This document shows positions 25,859-38,499 of a DNA stretch of 64,000 nt, in pieces (within the stretch, counting starts at the first letter, position 1; every line of letters starts with the position of its first letter). Origin of the DNA: Nemertoderma westbladi (taxonomy: Eukaryota; Animalia; Xenacoelomorpha). The stretch covers positions 57,723-121,722 of the forward strand of contig JAUCBJ010000641.1 in the NCBI GenBank assembly GCA_032718475.1. The letters run 5' to 3'. The notes below the pieces were generated by a model. It made no database searches. It worked only from the letters and a program-made list of their open reading frames with translations, and was not told the DNA's origin. The position numbers and the translations under genes were made by a program.

Positions 25859-28800
25859 CCAACCTACTCTAGTTCTTACCGCATAGGTCTGTAGGGGCTG
25901 CGGTTGAGCAGGCCGTTTCTCTAACGTCTCCAGCGCCTCATGCGCGTTTTGGCCGATGAGTATTTGCACTCCAGGATAATCAGTCTGGAATCGAGGTATG
26001 TTAAGATGTTGGATGCTCTCATCCTCGTCCCAATCATAAAGGTCTGCTTGAGTAGTAGCGAAGTTCTTTATAGCCACCATTTTCACTGACCTTATGCTGT
26101 GTTCTCCTAATTCGTCCTGGGGGGTGGACAACGCTCCGACATAATAATCAGCTGTTATTGTAGATTTCCAAACTTGCATAATGCCTGACATGTTGAGCTT
26201 AGTTTGGAACTTGGGTTGTCCAGCAAATATATTTTCGGCTAGCTCTTTATCGATGAATGTTCCTGTGCTGCCGGAGTCCAGGAGGGCGTTCACTATATAG
26301 CTCTTCTGAGGTCCGTGGACCCGTAACTGGACTACAGGAAATTCTCGGATTCCTATATTGGAAGTTGGCGCTTTCCAAGATGGTTGTTGATCGGAAGTAG
26401 TTAAGGTAAGGTCGCTGTCTGTGTCTTTCTCGTACACGAGTGTTCGATACACTGCGGTGGTGTTTATTAGGTAACAGGATTCGTTTTGGTCGGAGAACTC
26501 GTCCGTATAGAATCCTTCCATCTCAGATTGATCAGTGTCGTTCACATCACTGAATTGGACATGTAGTTCGGACTCACTTACCTGACTCGGGCTGTTTCGT
26601 TCGAATTCCGTGTGCAACAAGATATGATGTTTTGCGCCGCACTTTGCACACCTTGCGTCGGAGTTACAGGTTCGCCGTTGGTGTCCTCGTCTGAGGCAAT
26701 TATAACACAACCGCTTATCCCACATGACTTCACGTCTATCCTTTAGTGATTTCCTCAGGAATTTATCACACGCATTTAAACGGTGGGGCCCGTCGCACAG
26801 CACACATTTGGGCTTGATGTTACTTACTTTAACATGTGCTGTGTGGTGCACACTTGTTCTTTCCTCAGGCTTTCTCACCTGAATTCTTTTAGGAGACGTA
26901 GGAGGGGTTTTTTGTACCGGTTCCCTTCTGTCATTGGGTCGAGACTTGGATTTACTTACCTGATCTTTAGGCATTTTATTGACATAAGATCTGTCAGTGT
27001 CTTTCCCGCTGTCCTCTCCTTGAGAAGTTTGGCTTTCACCGTCGTCGGTATAACATACTGGTATTACCCTTCTCCTAGAAACGGGTTTCTCACTTACCTT
27101 ACTTTCCGCTGTCTTCTCTCTGGACTGCTTCAGGAGCTGTAATTTCACTTCTCCATCTAGGAATGACATGAGATCAGCCATGGTAGGGTCTCGCCGTTGT
27201 TGTTCCATCATATATAACACTTTCTTATCCCAGCGTGTACCTACTCCACCTTTAGGTAAAGTAGAAGCCACTGCTCTAATAACCATAGTGTTCTGATACT
27301 CATGAGACTTACCTAGCCAATCTAATTGTCTGCAGATCTCCTGGATCTCATCGGAAAACTCGATAATTCCGCTACTAATAAACTTTCGGGGCGCTACTAA
27401 CTTTGCATACAAGTACCCAGCGATATTATTCCTATTACCATACCTGATATTTAGTGTATCCCAAACTTGTCTTAATCCGTCTGGATGTCCAATAAACTTT
27501 AACGCCATTAACTTGGGAGATCCTTCCAAGCATTCGATGAGGTATCTAAGTTTTTCTCCATTAGATAGTACAGAGTTCTGTATGTTATCTTTGTAATATT
27601 CATTAAAAGGTAACCATTTCATCTCATCTCCATTGAACTTAACGATCTCTCCCACCTTTACCGCTTGTCGGGCTTCGGTTCTAGCCATTTGACGCGTAAA
27701 ACTTTCTTGGGCCATCGTGCTATTTAATATCGAATTATCGGTATATAAATTTCTCGGATTATGATCAGTTCTATATGGAATATCATTATCAACAGGTCTA
27801 TAATTACCCTTAATAGGGTTCACTATAGGAGTTTCTACTTCGCTAGCAGTATAGATGCGTGTAGGCTCCACACCTTGCGCATGCGATACTTCAGACCTAA
27901 CAGGTTGACACATTGTTACAGAGGGTGGTGGTATACCCTTTTGGGTGTTTACTAATTTATCGCGTTCAAGCGCGATACTTTGCTGCACTTCTTGCAACTC
28001 TAGCCTACTTTCCCTTACTGTGCCCTTGAATTGTTGGACAGTCTCCTGCATCTGCCCGAGCAGGAGATCCATCCCCCGTCGTCTCTCGTCCACCCATTCG
28101 ACCGCCGAAGCGGGAGTCGCCAACGTTGTAGCGGGCGGACGAGGGACAACGGGCGACAAATCTGGAATATTTCGCTCGGAGTCCAGGGTATGCACTGTCT
28201 CATGGACTGTTCTGCTGGGCACAGGTAGCTTAGTGCTGTGCAAAGGGAATTGAGAAGTAGGTTCAGGGAGTACAGGTGTCTCTACGACCGAAAGGGTAGC
28301 TTCGGGAACAGGCCTAATTATTTCAGGCTCATCTACTATAGTAGGGAGTCTCTCTATTGTAATTATTTGGTCTGTGGGTTCTGTACTACCTACTTTGGTG
28401 TTATTTAGTTGCCTTCTAACAGCTGGAGGCAAATCAGGCAATTTCTGCCGGTGGAATGTTCTTTTACGTCTGCTTAGGCGAGATCGATTTCTTCCGCCTT
28501 CAGTGTCGGTGGTATTGCCTTCCTCAGATGATGTATACCCCTGTCTCTTGGGAGTAGATCGACTCATCATCTGCATATTGCTCGCTGTTAACTGTTTATT
28601 GAAGTTGTCTTGCTTCTCTTGAAGAATTTCCAACTCTAGTTGGGTTGCCTCTTCAGATGCCCTCCGTTCGGCTTCTACCACTGCCTCTGCTATTGCCAGT
28701 GCCGCTTTTCTTTCGGCTTCTGCCGCTGCCACTGCTGCTGCCACTGCCGTTGTCTTTCTATCTTCTATACGTTTTTTCTTTACTTGTTCTTCTTGTTCTC

Positions 28801-29929
28801 TAGCAATGCGGAGTTGTTCATCGAATTTAGCTTGGTTCGCCGCTAACCTATCCACATCAATCGCATCTAACACGAGTTTGGCTCCTTCGCTATTAGGGCT
28901 AAGTCCCTCTAGCCTTCTCCTCAACTCTTCATCTCCCAAAAAACGCTGATAGTCTGACAGATAGATATCAATGGCATCCTTCTTATGCGGTTTCTCTGCC
29001 GTCGCTTCACTTTCCACTTGGGAAAAAGTAGCGTCCGTCGATTCTCCATGGGTTGAGCGCTCCTCCAACTGAGCTTTCCACTGAGCTGCTCCTTGAACCT
29101 GGCGACTCACCCGTTGAAACCAAGTTTTTACGGCAACTTGCAACGACGTGTCTTGTTTTCTTTTAGAAGCCTCCTCAAAGGCGGATAAGATTAGCCTAAT
29201 CCGCAAAACTCTTTCTCTAACTTGATAAAGCAGCGATCCCTGCTCTTGAGGTCCTTGAGGTTGTTGAAAAAGTTGCTTTTCTACTCGCTCCACAGAGCTG
29301 AAGAATCCCTGTGCGTATCCGGCTGCGGACCTCTTCCACACAGCTGGATCGATGGTTTCCTTGGCTACTCCCATCCGGTGTATGTCTTCCCAGGCAGCTT
29401 CTGATAAATCAAACGGGAGTCCGGGTCCGGGGAAGTTCCATTGCAACTCGACAATAGACTTCAGTTCTTCACTCGTGTATCCCGCGTAACTATCTCTAGT
29501 TGACCGTTGACTTCTCGCCCAATCGATCTGGTGTTCTTCCACCGCGATCAATAACCCAGCGAGCACGGCTGCAGGAAGGATGAGAAGGGGATCCGTATAA
29601 ACCGCATCCGTCATCTCTGCTCCGCGCTCGGGTGTCAGCTCTACAGTATCCTCACTACTGGAGCTGCTGGGCCGCTGAGGAATAAGTTCTTGACTAGCGG
29701 GTTGTTGCTGTTCCGCTGCTTGTTGGTCCCGCTTGACCTGAGCTCGGGTGCCTATGATAGACCTACGATGTTGGACTAGCCTAGGTTCTGTTATTACTAC
29801 TGGAGGGATGACCTTCCTCACAGTGGGAGGTGAACTGAACTTACGACCAGACGGTTGTACGTCTCGATCTGAGTTGCAGATAGTTACATCTAATAAACTG
29901 TCTGACAGGTTCTGCTTAGTATCAGACAT
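25859..29929 (-). CDS. BEL/Pao Gag-protease of element A (frame runs into the RTE insert to 25775)
   Basis: KFNGDEMKWLPF capsid-like region, three Cys/His knuckles, ALLDSGS protease. Confidence 0.9.
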
Positions 29930-32139
29930 GACTAGGTATGTACAGTTGAATGCCTACTGCTATATTACAGTCTAAGCAAGTCTAGTAACTCAGTATTAAC
30001 TGCTAGCCTAGTAATTAATTACCGTTACTGCTACTCAGTGTAGCGTGATATATAATATATTATAATACCGGTATGCTTATAGTATAGATAACTATTATTA
30101 CAGACTAGTTTTATCACCGAATACCGGTATAATTTAGCACAAATATATATAAATATATAATAGGTCTATCTGGAATACCGGTATACAGCTTACAGTTTGT
30201 AGGATATATAATTCTGAAATAGAATTAATTACACGTACCGGTATAATTTCAGCCTAGATTTATAGAAATAAAGATAATAGGCCTATCGTAAATACCGGTA
30301 TATCAATTATTTTAAAAATAACTGAATTTCTGAATTTCAAGGGTTACTTGGTTACTTTACTTACTTTATTACCGTTATTTGAGCAGTAATCCAACTGATA
30401 TTGAGACCTAATGGTTGTATGGTAGGCCTACTATTTATAAATCGTTAGATTTGATTTATAATATATATATACCCGTTTTAATGGGTTTTGTCTATGTTTG
30501 AAATAAATGTTATTATTTCTGGGGTAATCACTACACAAAGCGGTGCGCTTTCAGTGAAGTGTTACGTATAGGACACTAAAACAAATGATTCTAATTTACC
30601 TAAGTTACTTAATACTACAAATTACGTACAATTCGGGTTGAGATTACAATCTCTAAATAAACACAAAAATTTACAAAAACACAAATACGAATTTTTTAGG
30701 GTAATTTTACAAGAAGTCTACAAACCAGTCTAACAAAGGGTTAGAAATCTGGTTATTACAGCGGACAGGGTACTGCGGTATTTGAAAATAATACGTAGTA
30801 GTAAATACACTGCGTTGTCTAGATAGGAAAATACCACCGCCTGACGACCTATAGCCGTATCGTTATAGGTTCTACGTTATGTATCACGGAGTGTTCCTAT
30901 CTAGAAGTTAATAGAGCTAATCGAATGTGCCTATCAACCACTTTACAACACAAATATAATGCCTACACTAATTACTTCGGAAAGTACTGTACACTAAACC
31001 CTAAATTAGGTACGAGTACTTGTACAACAGATAATCAGTAGTTAAATATACTTGAACAGCTAAAAGAACCACGGCATCTGCTGGAGTGACCGATGCACAA
31101 AATCACCAGTCTTTACCTACGCCGAGCAGCCCGTGTAGTACCGGGGTTAATTTAACTATAGCGGTATGTATAACAAACACAATTACTGTAGGAACAAACT
31201 TGGGGAATGAATGTTGCGGATAATCGCATAAACTCTGAATAATAAATATTACGCTACGCGTACAAACTACTCAAACAAAATACAGACCGAACACTGACAG
31301 ACTACTATCAAGCCTAAACAAACTACGGTATATGCAGACTCCGAAATGATTAGGGAGTATGCGCTCTAACCCAGTAGTGCGACTTATTCTTTAGTTGGGG
31401 GTTTACCTTACAGCGTTCGCTGCCCCTACTTCCTAACCGTACTTAATCAGACAAATGATCTACACACACTGCAATCCGTTCAGACCTAATAACAGCCAGA
31501 CAACTATCCAGCCTACAAATTATCTAAATAAAATTATACGCTACCCGTACAGACTTACACAAACAAAGTACAGACTAAACGATGGCAGACTACTCTCAAG
31601 CCTAAATAAACCGCAGGACATGCAGACTCCGAAATGATTAGGGAGTATGCGCTCTAACCCAGTAGTGCGACTTATTCTTTAGTTGGGGGTTTACCTTACA
31701 GCGTTCGCTGCCCCTACTTCCTAACGGTACTTAATCGGACAGGTGATCTACACACACTGCAATTCGTTCGGACTTAACAGCAATCAGACAACAGCTCAGC
31801 CTACAAATCGTCTGTACAATCTGATCAGGCTTACACGCCTTCTGTTCAATACTGGCCTACAAATAAATAAAACTTGACAGAAATAAGTAAACCATATAAA
31901 GGAATAAGGGGTGATCAATCCCTAATCCCTCAAACAGCCTACCGGTATGCAACAATCAAATCGAATAATACTAGTGTACTTATACGGAAGTACCGGTTAG
32001 GACAGCTAGGCCCTACTGACCTACGGCAGTACCGGTTCTAGCGGTTGGGCCTACTGACCTACAGATGTACCGGTCTGCCGGTTCAGGTTTACCGGTTGAC
32101 CAGTACTTTCAACTTTATTGCTTACTGCAACAAAGAAGC

Positions 32140-32151
32140 TATATCCTTTAA
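32140..32151 (-). promoter_or_regulatory. Primer-binding position of A, complementary to its own LTR (32905-32916)
   Basis: Minus strand reads TTAAAGGATATA directly after the LTR, no TGG; LTR minus strand contains TATATCCTTTAA. Confidence 0.7.
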
Positions 32152-33358
32152 TGTTCGCGCTTTCAGACCTTTGGCAGTTTAACCCGCCAAATTAAGATGT
32201 CTTCTAGATATTAAATCGTTTTTAGTCTATGACAAGTATTTGATTCACTACACTAGTCGAAACCAATCTGTGCGCGACCATTCACCCGCTGGATATTCCC
32301 GGGAGATTGGGTTTGACGGTTTAATTTTATTGCTATGTAAGCCTAATGTATTATTCGACTGACAGTATTATATAATCTCTGACAATATTATTCACCTTCG
32401 GGAATATTAACAGTTCCTTTAGGACGTGGCGCTTTATCTATATAAACAGAGTTATGACTTAAACTACTCACAACGATATGGCTTAATTATAATTCACATA
32501 TATGGCGCATTCTTTAGGAATTGCTTCTTTAACAAACTCACTCATACGCAATGCTGCACAATACTGCACACTAATCTGCCAATCTTCACTGCTTTTAGTC
32601 ACATATAAAAGGAACACAGACTGACTCATGTAGGGTCTATCAAATAACATTAGATTCACTTCAAACCACTTTAACATAAGTCACAATCGTTATTGGTAAC
32701 CTTTCTCTCTTACCTTCGGTATATCAAGAATATTGGGTTTCGGGGTTATTTCTCGTTATTCCAAATATAATAATTCATCAACCATATTATGAAGAACTGA
32801 CAGTAAATAGCAGTATAAAACAACAACTGAACACTGATTGTTATGAGTTTGCAATGTTTCAGCAGTCAGGATGTATGATCAGTTAGCAGTGAGATATTTA
32901 CAGGTTAAAGGATATATGTCCTTATAATTAAACCTACTAGTGTAAGACTAAAAACTGAAAACACGGAGGTGCCAAAAGCCGGTTCTTAGGCTCTGGGCAA
33001 AAACATAACACTGAACTACTGAGTTTCTGTATATACCTCCAACACAGAGACAACAAACGCTCTGATTGGTCAACCTGAACAACGAGAGAACAAAGAAACA
33101 AAGAAACGTCGACGTGGCAATATCAGCTGCTAGCCGTCGTCATGGTAGCGACACTGTTTTCAAGAGTATCGAGCTTTTACGTCACGGAATTACGGATTAT
33201 GTCCTCTAAAGTACAAATACAGAAGAAATAGCTTTTATGTCCGCTAAAACACCAGTACAGCAAGGACACGGCCTTTTTATGCCTGGTAAACCAACTACAG
33301 AGTATTTTACGGGAAAAATAAGGAAAAATAACCGGGCAATTCAGCAAAAGCTTTTACA
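32152..33358 (-). repeat. 5' LTR of element A
   Basis: Direct repeat of 20164-21370. Confidence 0.97.
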
Positions 33359-33487
33359 GTATCCTTTATGGCCTAGAATTTAATTTTGGAATGCTTTCAG
33401 GTACTGAAGTGGAATCGCTGAATGGACAGTTTCGTAAAATCATGCGTGGTCTCATGTACTGTAATAATCGTGTGTCAAACTCAGCTC
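33359..33487 (+). pseudogene. Non-LTR RT ORF, part 2
   Basis: Continues in frame after the TSD: (VPG)ILYGLEF...FRKIMRGLMYCNNRVSNSA. Confidence 0.8.
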
Positions 33488-33975
33488 TGTGGTGATCAGC
33501 AGCAAGGACATACAAAATATGAAACACAACAATATCAAATTACAAAAAACGTTATAAATAATATAACGCCATCTAGGAAAGTTTACAGGAAACAACAAAA
33601 TTGCGCTAGAATAATCCTGACCGCTGATTGGAGGATAACAAAGAGGGATAGATAGGTAGGATAATACCGGTAAGTAAGTGATATATCAAGATATGGTCAG
33701 TACAATACAGTACCTACAGTAGTAGTTTAGATTCGTGTTTCTTTTTGGATGTCTGACATCTGATTGTCTGACGTATGTACCGATGTATTTTGATTTATCT
33801 GTTTTGATTAGATTTATCTGCAGTATTATGTTCTGATGTTATGAACTAACAAACTAATCGTTTTAGCCAGCCTGCCAGTTAACGGCAGATTTTCTTCAGG
33901 GAAACCAGAAAAACTAAGTGGTAGATTGCCACGGAACCCGGGTTTGACCTTATCCTGTTATCCAGCTTTCACATT

Positions 33976-33992
33976 TGGGGGCTCGTCCGGGA
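33976..33992 (+). promoter_or_regulatory. tRNA-Pro primer-binding site
   Basis: TGGGGGCTCGTCCGGGA, matching the tRNA-Pro PBS known from murine leukemia virus. Confidence 0.92.
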
Positions 33993-34151
33993 GGATTTTT
34001 TTTCTTCCTGGTTACTGCTGCTGGTTATAGACTTGTTACTTGTACCGTCAGACCGCTGGGCGTAGATATCGATTGTTGGTTATCGGTAAACTGGCTGACT
34101 TTGGACTTGTACCGGTAATATCAAGCATTCAGACAGTCAGCGAGTCAGGGT

Positions 34152-34811
34152 ATGACAGACGTTTTTGGATTCGAGAATGATAGCGATAGTACCGGTAGTA
34201 GATGCGGAGGGTCTGACCAAACGCAAATAGCCGTCGGTCCGAGAGAAGAATCAAGTTGGACGGACATAAACTTAAATAGTCCGGCGGTTGTCGTTCCTGG
34301 TTCCGGTTGCGACCGTCCTAGATATTCTGAAACGCAGTCTCACGGTAGGAATCGGTTTCCTGCAGTACCGGTACCAGGAGAAGGGGACGATTACATACAT
34401 CCTAATAGAGAGCAGCAAGGTACCGATACCTGTATACAGCTTGAACACAACGCACCGATAATGGCGGATATCAGGAAGGAACCGGAAATATTCGACGGGC
34501 GTGGAGATGTTGATTCCTGGGTTAGTGCATTGCAGCGATTGGGACGTCTTCGAAGATGGAATTACGTGATGATGGGAAGGGTTGCTTCCGTTTATGTGTC
34601 AGGTACCGCGGCTCGCGTAATAGAAGAATTACCTACTGAACAACAAGTCGATTTTGATAGCGTAGTAGCCGCTCTGCGAGCTAGATTTAGGCCTTTACCC
34701 CCCGATGTTATATGTAGTAAGCTGTTAGATTGTAGGCTTGGAATAAATGAAACTATAGAGGAGTATGTAGATAAACTCCAGAAATGGGGACAGCAAGCCT
34801 GGACAAAGTGA
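34152..34811 (+). CDS. Gypsy-type Gag capsid protein, 219 aa
   Basis: PEIFDGRGDVDSWV...VSGTAARVIEELP...FDSVVAALRARF...NETIEEYVDKL (major-homology-like region). Confidence 0.85.
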   Translation: MTDVFGFENDSDSTGSRCGGSDQTQIAVGPREESSWTDINLNSPAVVVPGSGCDRPRYSETQSHGRNRFPAVPVPGEGDDYIHPNREQQGTDTCIQLEHNAPIMADIRKEPEIFDGRGDVDSWVSALQRLGRLRRWNYVMMGRVASVYVSGTAARVIEELPTEQQVDFDSVVAALRARFRPLPPDVICSKLLDCRLGINETIEEYVDKLQKWGQQAWTK

Positions 34812-36212
34812 TGTCGGCACACCTTAGTGTACAGTAGTACATACAGTAAGGTATAAGTATATACAGTAGAACAGTGACTGATGATATTTACATAAACCAA
34901 CAAACTATATGCAATATGCACTACCGTATGCAGTTTAGATCCTACTAAACATTTTGTAGGTTATTATTGCACGGTCAGTATATTATTGGTATGTATACGT
35001 GTTACTATTTAGATTAGACATATTTAGTGTTTTGTTTTATGAATGTAAATTAAACTATAAATTTTTGCTGTTCCCATTTCACCCCTCTTTGTTGTCGCAG
35101 AAAAATAACTATTTAGCGGAACCGAATCCTCTAATCTCATTTGGTAGTAAATGTGGTGTTGTTTTACATTTGAATAAATGTACAGTATGTATTTTATTTT
35201 TGGATACCATAAGTTTATTGATATGTTTATTCATTCTGTAGAGACTTATTTTGTTTCTGTTTATTTCATAGAAAACTCGCCAATTGGCTATTTTGCTTGC
35301 TTTGGGCGCCAAAGGAGGTCTTGAAGGTCTGTTGTATATTATTAGCCTATTGGTTATTAACTTTTTTATTAAATAACATTTGCCTATTGGCTATCATTTT
35401 GCATTGTATGTATTAATTGTTGTCTAATGACTGTCATATTCAGTAAATTTAATTGCCTATTGGCTAAGCTACTGTAGCTGAAATTAATAACTACTTAGTA
35501 CATATTGCAGTTGGTATTGGCAACTGGTAGTTGGAATGGGAATTCACATTTCCTGTACATAAATGAATAAAGTGTACCAAGTGCGTTGGATTTTAACTAA
35601 TTCTATGTTCATATATTTTGTAGGTATTTTTACATTATTATTGTGCTGTTTTTATTTAGATTCGGTTCTGCAAAATATTTTTATCAAACCACTCGGGACG
35701 AGTGGTTTCCTTTCGTGGGGGGGATTTGTGGTGATCAGCAGCAAGGACATACAAAATATGAAACACAACAATATCAAATTACAAAAAACGTTATAAATAA
35801 TATAACGCCATCTAGGAAAGTTTACAGGAAACAACAAAATTGCGCTAGAATAATCCTGACCGCTGATTGGAGGATAACAAAGAGGGATAGATAGGTAGGA
35901 TAATACCGGTAAGTAAGTGATATATCAAGATATGGTCAGTACAATACAGTACCTACAGTAGTAGTTTAGATTCGTGTTTCTTTTTGGATGTCTGACATCT
36001 GATTGTCTGATGTATGTACCGATGTATTTTGATTTATCTGTTTTGATTAGATTTATCTGCATTATTATGTTCTGATGTTATGAACTAACAAACTAATCGT
36101 TTTAGCCAGCCTGCCAGTTAACGGCAGATTTTCTTCAGGGAAACCAGAAAAACTAAGTGGTAGATTGCCACGGAACCCGGGTTTGACCTTATCCTGTTAT
36201 CCAGCTTTCACA

Positions 36213-36509
36213 GCTCTATGCTTGCTGTATGGAGCATCTTCACTTAGTAATCTTGTGTCAGAACGCTCAATTGGATTGATTAGACGGATATCTCGATGTC
36301 CAAAGGAGTCACTCCAGCAGAATCTGCGGTACTTGTTGATGACGAATTCACTTGCGTCAAATAACGTGAAGATGGGGCTGAGTCACACATACGAGATTGC
36401 TAGACAGACATCAAGCCTTCCATCCATGTTTAATATGCTAAACTATACCTACTCCAATGAGGAACTGAGATCACGGATGGATGAAGGTGCAGCAACTACC
36501 ACAGACTGA
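36213..36509 (+). pseudogene. Non-LTR RT ORF, part 3 (C-terminus)
   Basis: Continues after the GCTC TSD: ALCLLYGASSLSNLVSERSIGLIRRI... Confidence 0.7.
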
Positions 36510-36757
36510 CAGACTTTGTTAGCTACAACTTTCTGAGAGCCTGTTATGCTACAAATGGTTTAACCTTCGCTAACAAAGTAAGCCTGGTCCACAACTACTT
36601 TCAATTTTAGGTGGAAGCTTTAATGTCTCATTGCAACAAATATCGATTGATTTCTGTTTGTACTGATATATTTAATGATGATTGTTAATAATGTTGGTAT
36701 GTGTCTAATGTTATCCTATAACAATACTGTACTATACTTTTATCACGATCCATGATT

Positions 36758-37572
36758 TTATTATGCTGTGGGGCGAGACACGTAGTCGGCGAGCCTTTGC
36801 ATACGGTTCATATAGGGCAAATGGGGCATGTCCGTCTGTCTGTCCGTCTGTCTGGTAAATGTTTGAACGCGAATTTCTCGGCATCGCTCGTTCGGATTTG
36901 ATCCAAACTTAGTAGGTAAGTAGTAGAGAGAAAGTTTAGAAAGTTTGTAAAGTTTGGTGAAAAATCATGCAGTCTGACGTCAGCTACGACAGATTATGTG
37001 GTTTTTAGAAAATGTTAAATTTCTCGGGAAGGCCTCATTTTCCTGAGCTGAAATTTTGGTGGCCTGTAGAGAATCATGAAGTCTATCTTTTACGAAATTG
37101 AAAAGTTAAGACATTTAATTGGGGATCCGCTAGAGACTCAGAAGTAATGACATATGCCTACCGGTACGGTACTGCTGTACAGTGCTGCACTGGTAAGTAC
37201 GAAATTGCAGAATAACAATTTGACATCACCTAGCGGATTAACATATGATTGTATATCGAATGAATACATTTATAGCATGGGATATGGGGTCCAAACTAGA
37301 CATGCCCCATTTGTTCTATATGAACCGTATGCCAAGGCTTGCCGACTACGTGTCTCGCCCCACAGTGTGCTAGCCTAGGCACTGGCTTGGTCAATGACTT
37401 TAGCTTGCTTCATGAAATATTATTGGGCACGGCTGCCCTTGCCATGCCTTAGGCTCTATGGGAGAGAATGGAATCACACAGACTTTTGAAAAACGGCCAT
37501 AGTATAACTATATCAGTTCGCTGATGGCTCGCCATTCGTGTCTCGCCCCACACAATCGCATTACTACTTGTT
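36758..37572 (+). mobile_element. HINE/DINE-1-like (Helentron-associated) non-autonomous element
   Basis: ~65-bp inverted repeat 36766-36832 / 37299-37365, (GTCY)n microsatellite near 36830-36853, third subterminal copy CGTGTCTCGCCCCACA near 37538, end CTACTTGTT. Confidence 0.7.
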
Positions 37573-37689
37573 CTTAATACCGGTAATACAGTACCATATA
37601 CTAATTCTATAACCTAAACGTAACCATTATTATTGCATTTGTATTTTAAAATATACTATTATTCTATTTATATTCATATTTTTCCTTTT

Positions 37690-37872
37690 CAAAGTATTGA
37701 CATGGCCTTTCGAAGTGTTGACATGGGGTAAAAATTTACAATAAATAGGCGCTATTTAAACCATTATTTCGAAGTGTTGACATGGTTTTTCGAAGTGTTG
37801 ACTATTTCGAAGTGTTGACTATTTTGAAGTGTTGACTATTTCGAAGTGTTGACTAATTCGAAGTGTTGACCA
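37690..37872. repeat. Short tandem repeat, ~18-bp TTTCGAAGTGTTGACTA units
   Basis: About 7 copies of CGAAGTGTTGAC-like sequence. Confidence 0.85.
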
Positions 37873-38499
37873 TATACCGTATTCCCCCAAAATACTGTAA
37901 ATACATATTCTCCCCAAAATAAATACATATTATTCCCCCAAAATAAATGCTTATTCCCCCAAAATAATCAAATATTCTACCAAATTTAACAGAAACTCTG
38001 AGTTACAGACACTTAGTTGCAGACTATTGGTACAAGGATCGTCGGGTGAGTAGGCTACATACCCAAGGCTTTACTGACCGTTCTGTACAAAACAAAGATA
38101 AGTCGCATTAGGTCCCAAAGAGCGTTAGGTCCCATTGCTATTTAAAGGAGCAGGTTAGTAAAGGAGCAGGTTACAGAGGCGTGTTGGGGGAACCAAAACA
38201 TAAACGAAAGTTAACATGTTACAAGATTATGCAGGTCTTTATAATTGGGTCTTTGTTTTGTACTCACCCGAGGATCGTCGGTATAGGCCTAATATGATTA
38301 AACATTTTGTTTGATTTACGGAAAAAGCAATGAATGAATTTGTATAAATACCTTTTCAATAAAATATTTGGTGCGGGAAGAATTGTTTTTGGTTGACAAG
38401 TAATTATTTTAGGGAGATTGAATAATTGCTTTTGGGGATGAATAATTATTTTTGGTGAGAGAGAAATTCAAAATTGGGGGATGTAAATTGGTGCTACAA

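Larger units (their letters stand above)
20164..33358 (-). mobile_element. BEL/Pao LTR retrotransposon A, internally deleted
   Basis: 1207-bp LTRs TGT...ACA, 5-bp TSD GTATC (20159-20163 and 33359-33363), gag-protease ORF; RT, most RNase H and integrase missing relative to B. Confidence 0.96.
33488..36212 (+). mobile_element. Small Gypsy-type LTR element encoding only Gag
   Basis: 486-bp LTRs 33488-33973 and 35727-36212 (2 differences seen), 4-bp TSD GCTC, PBS, G-rich PPT near 35716-35724. Confidence 0.95.
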
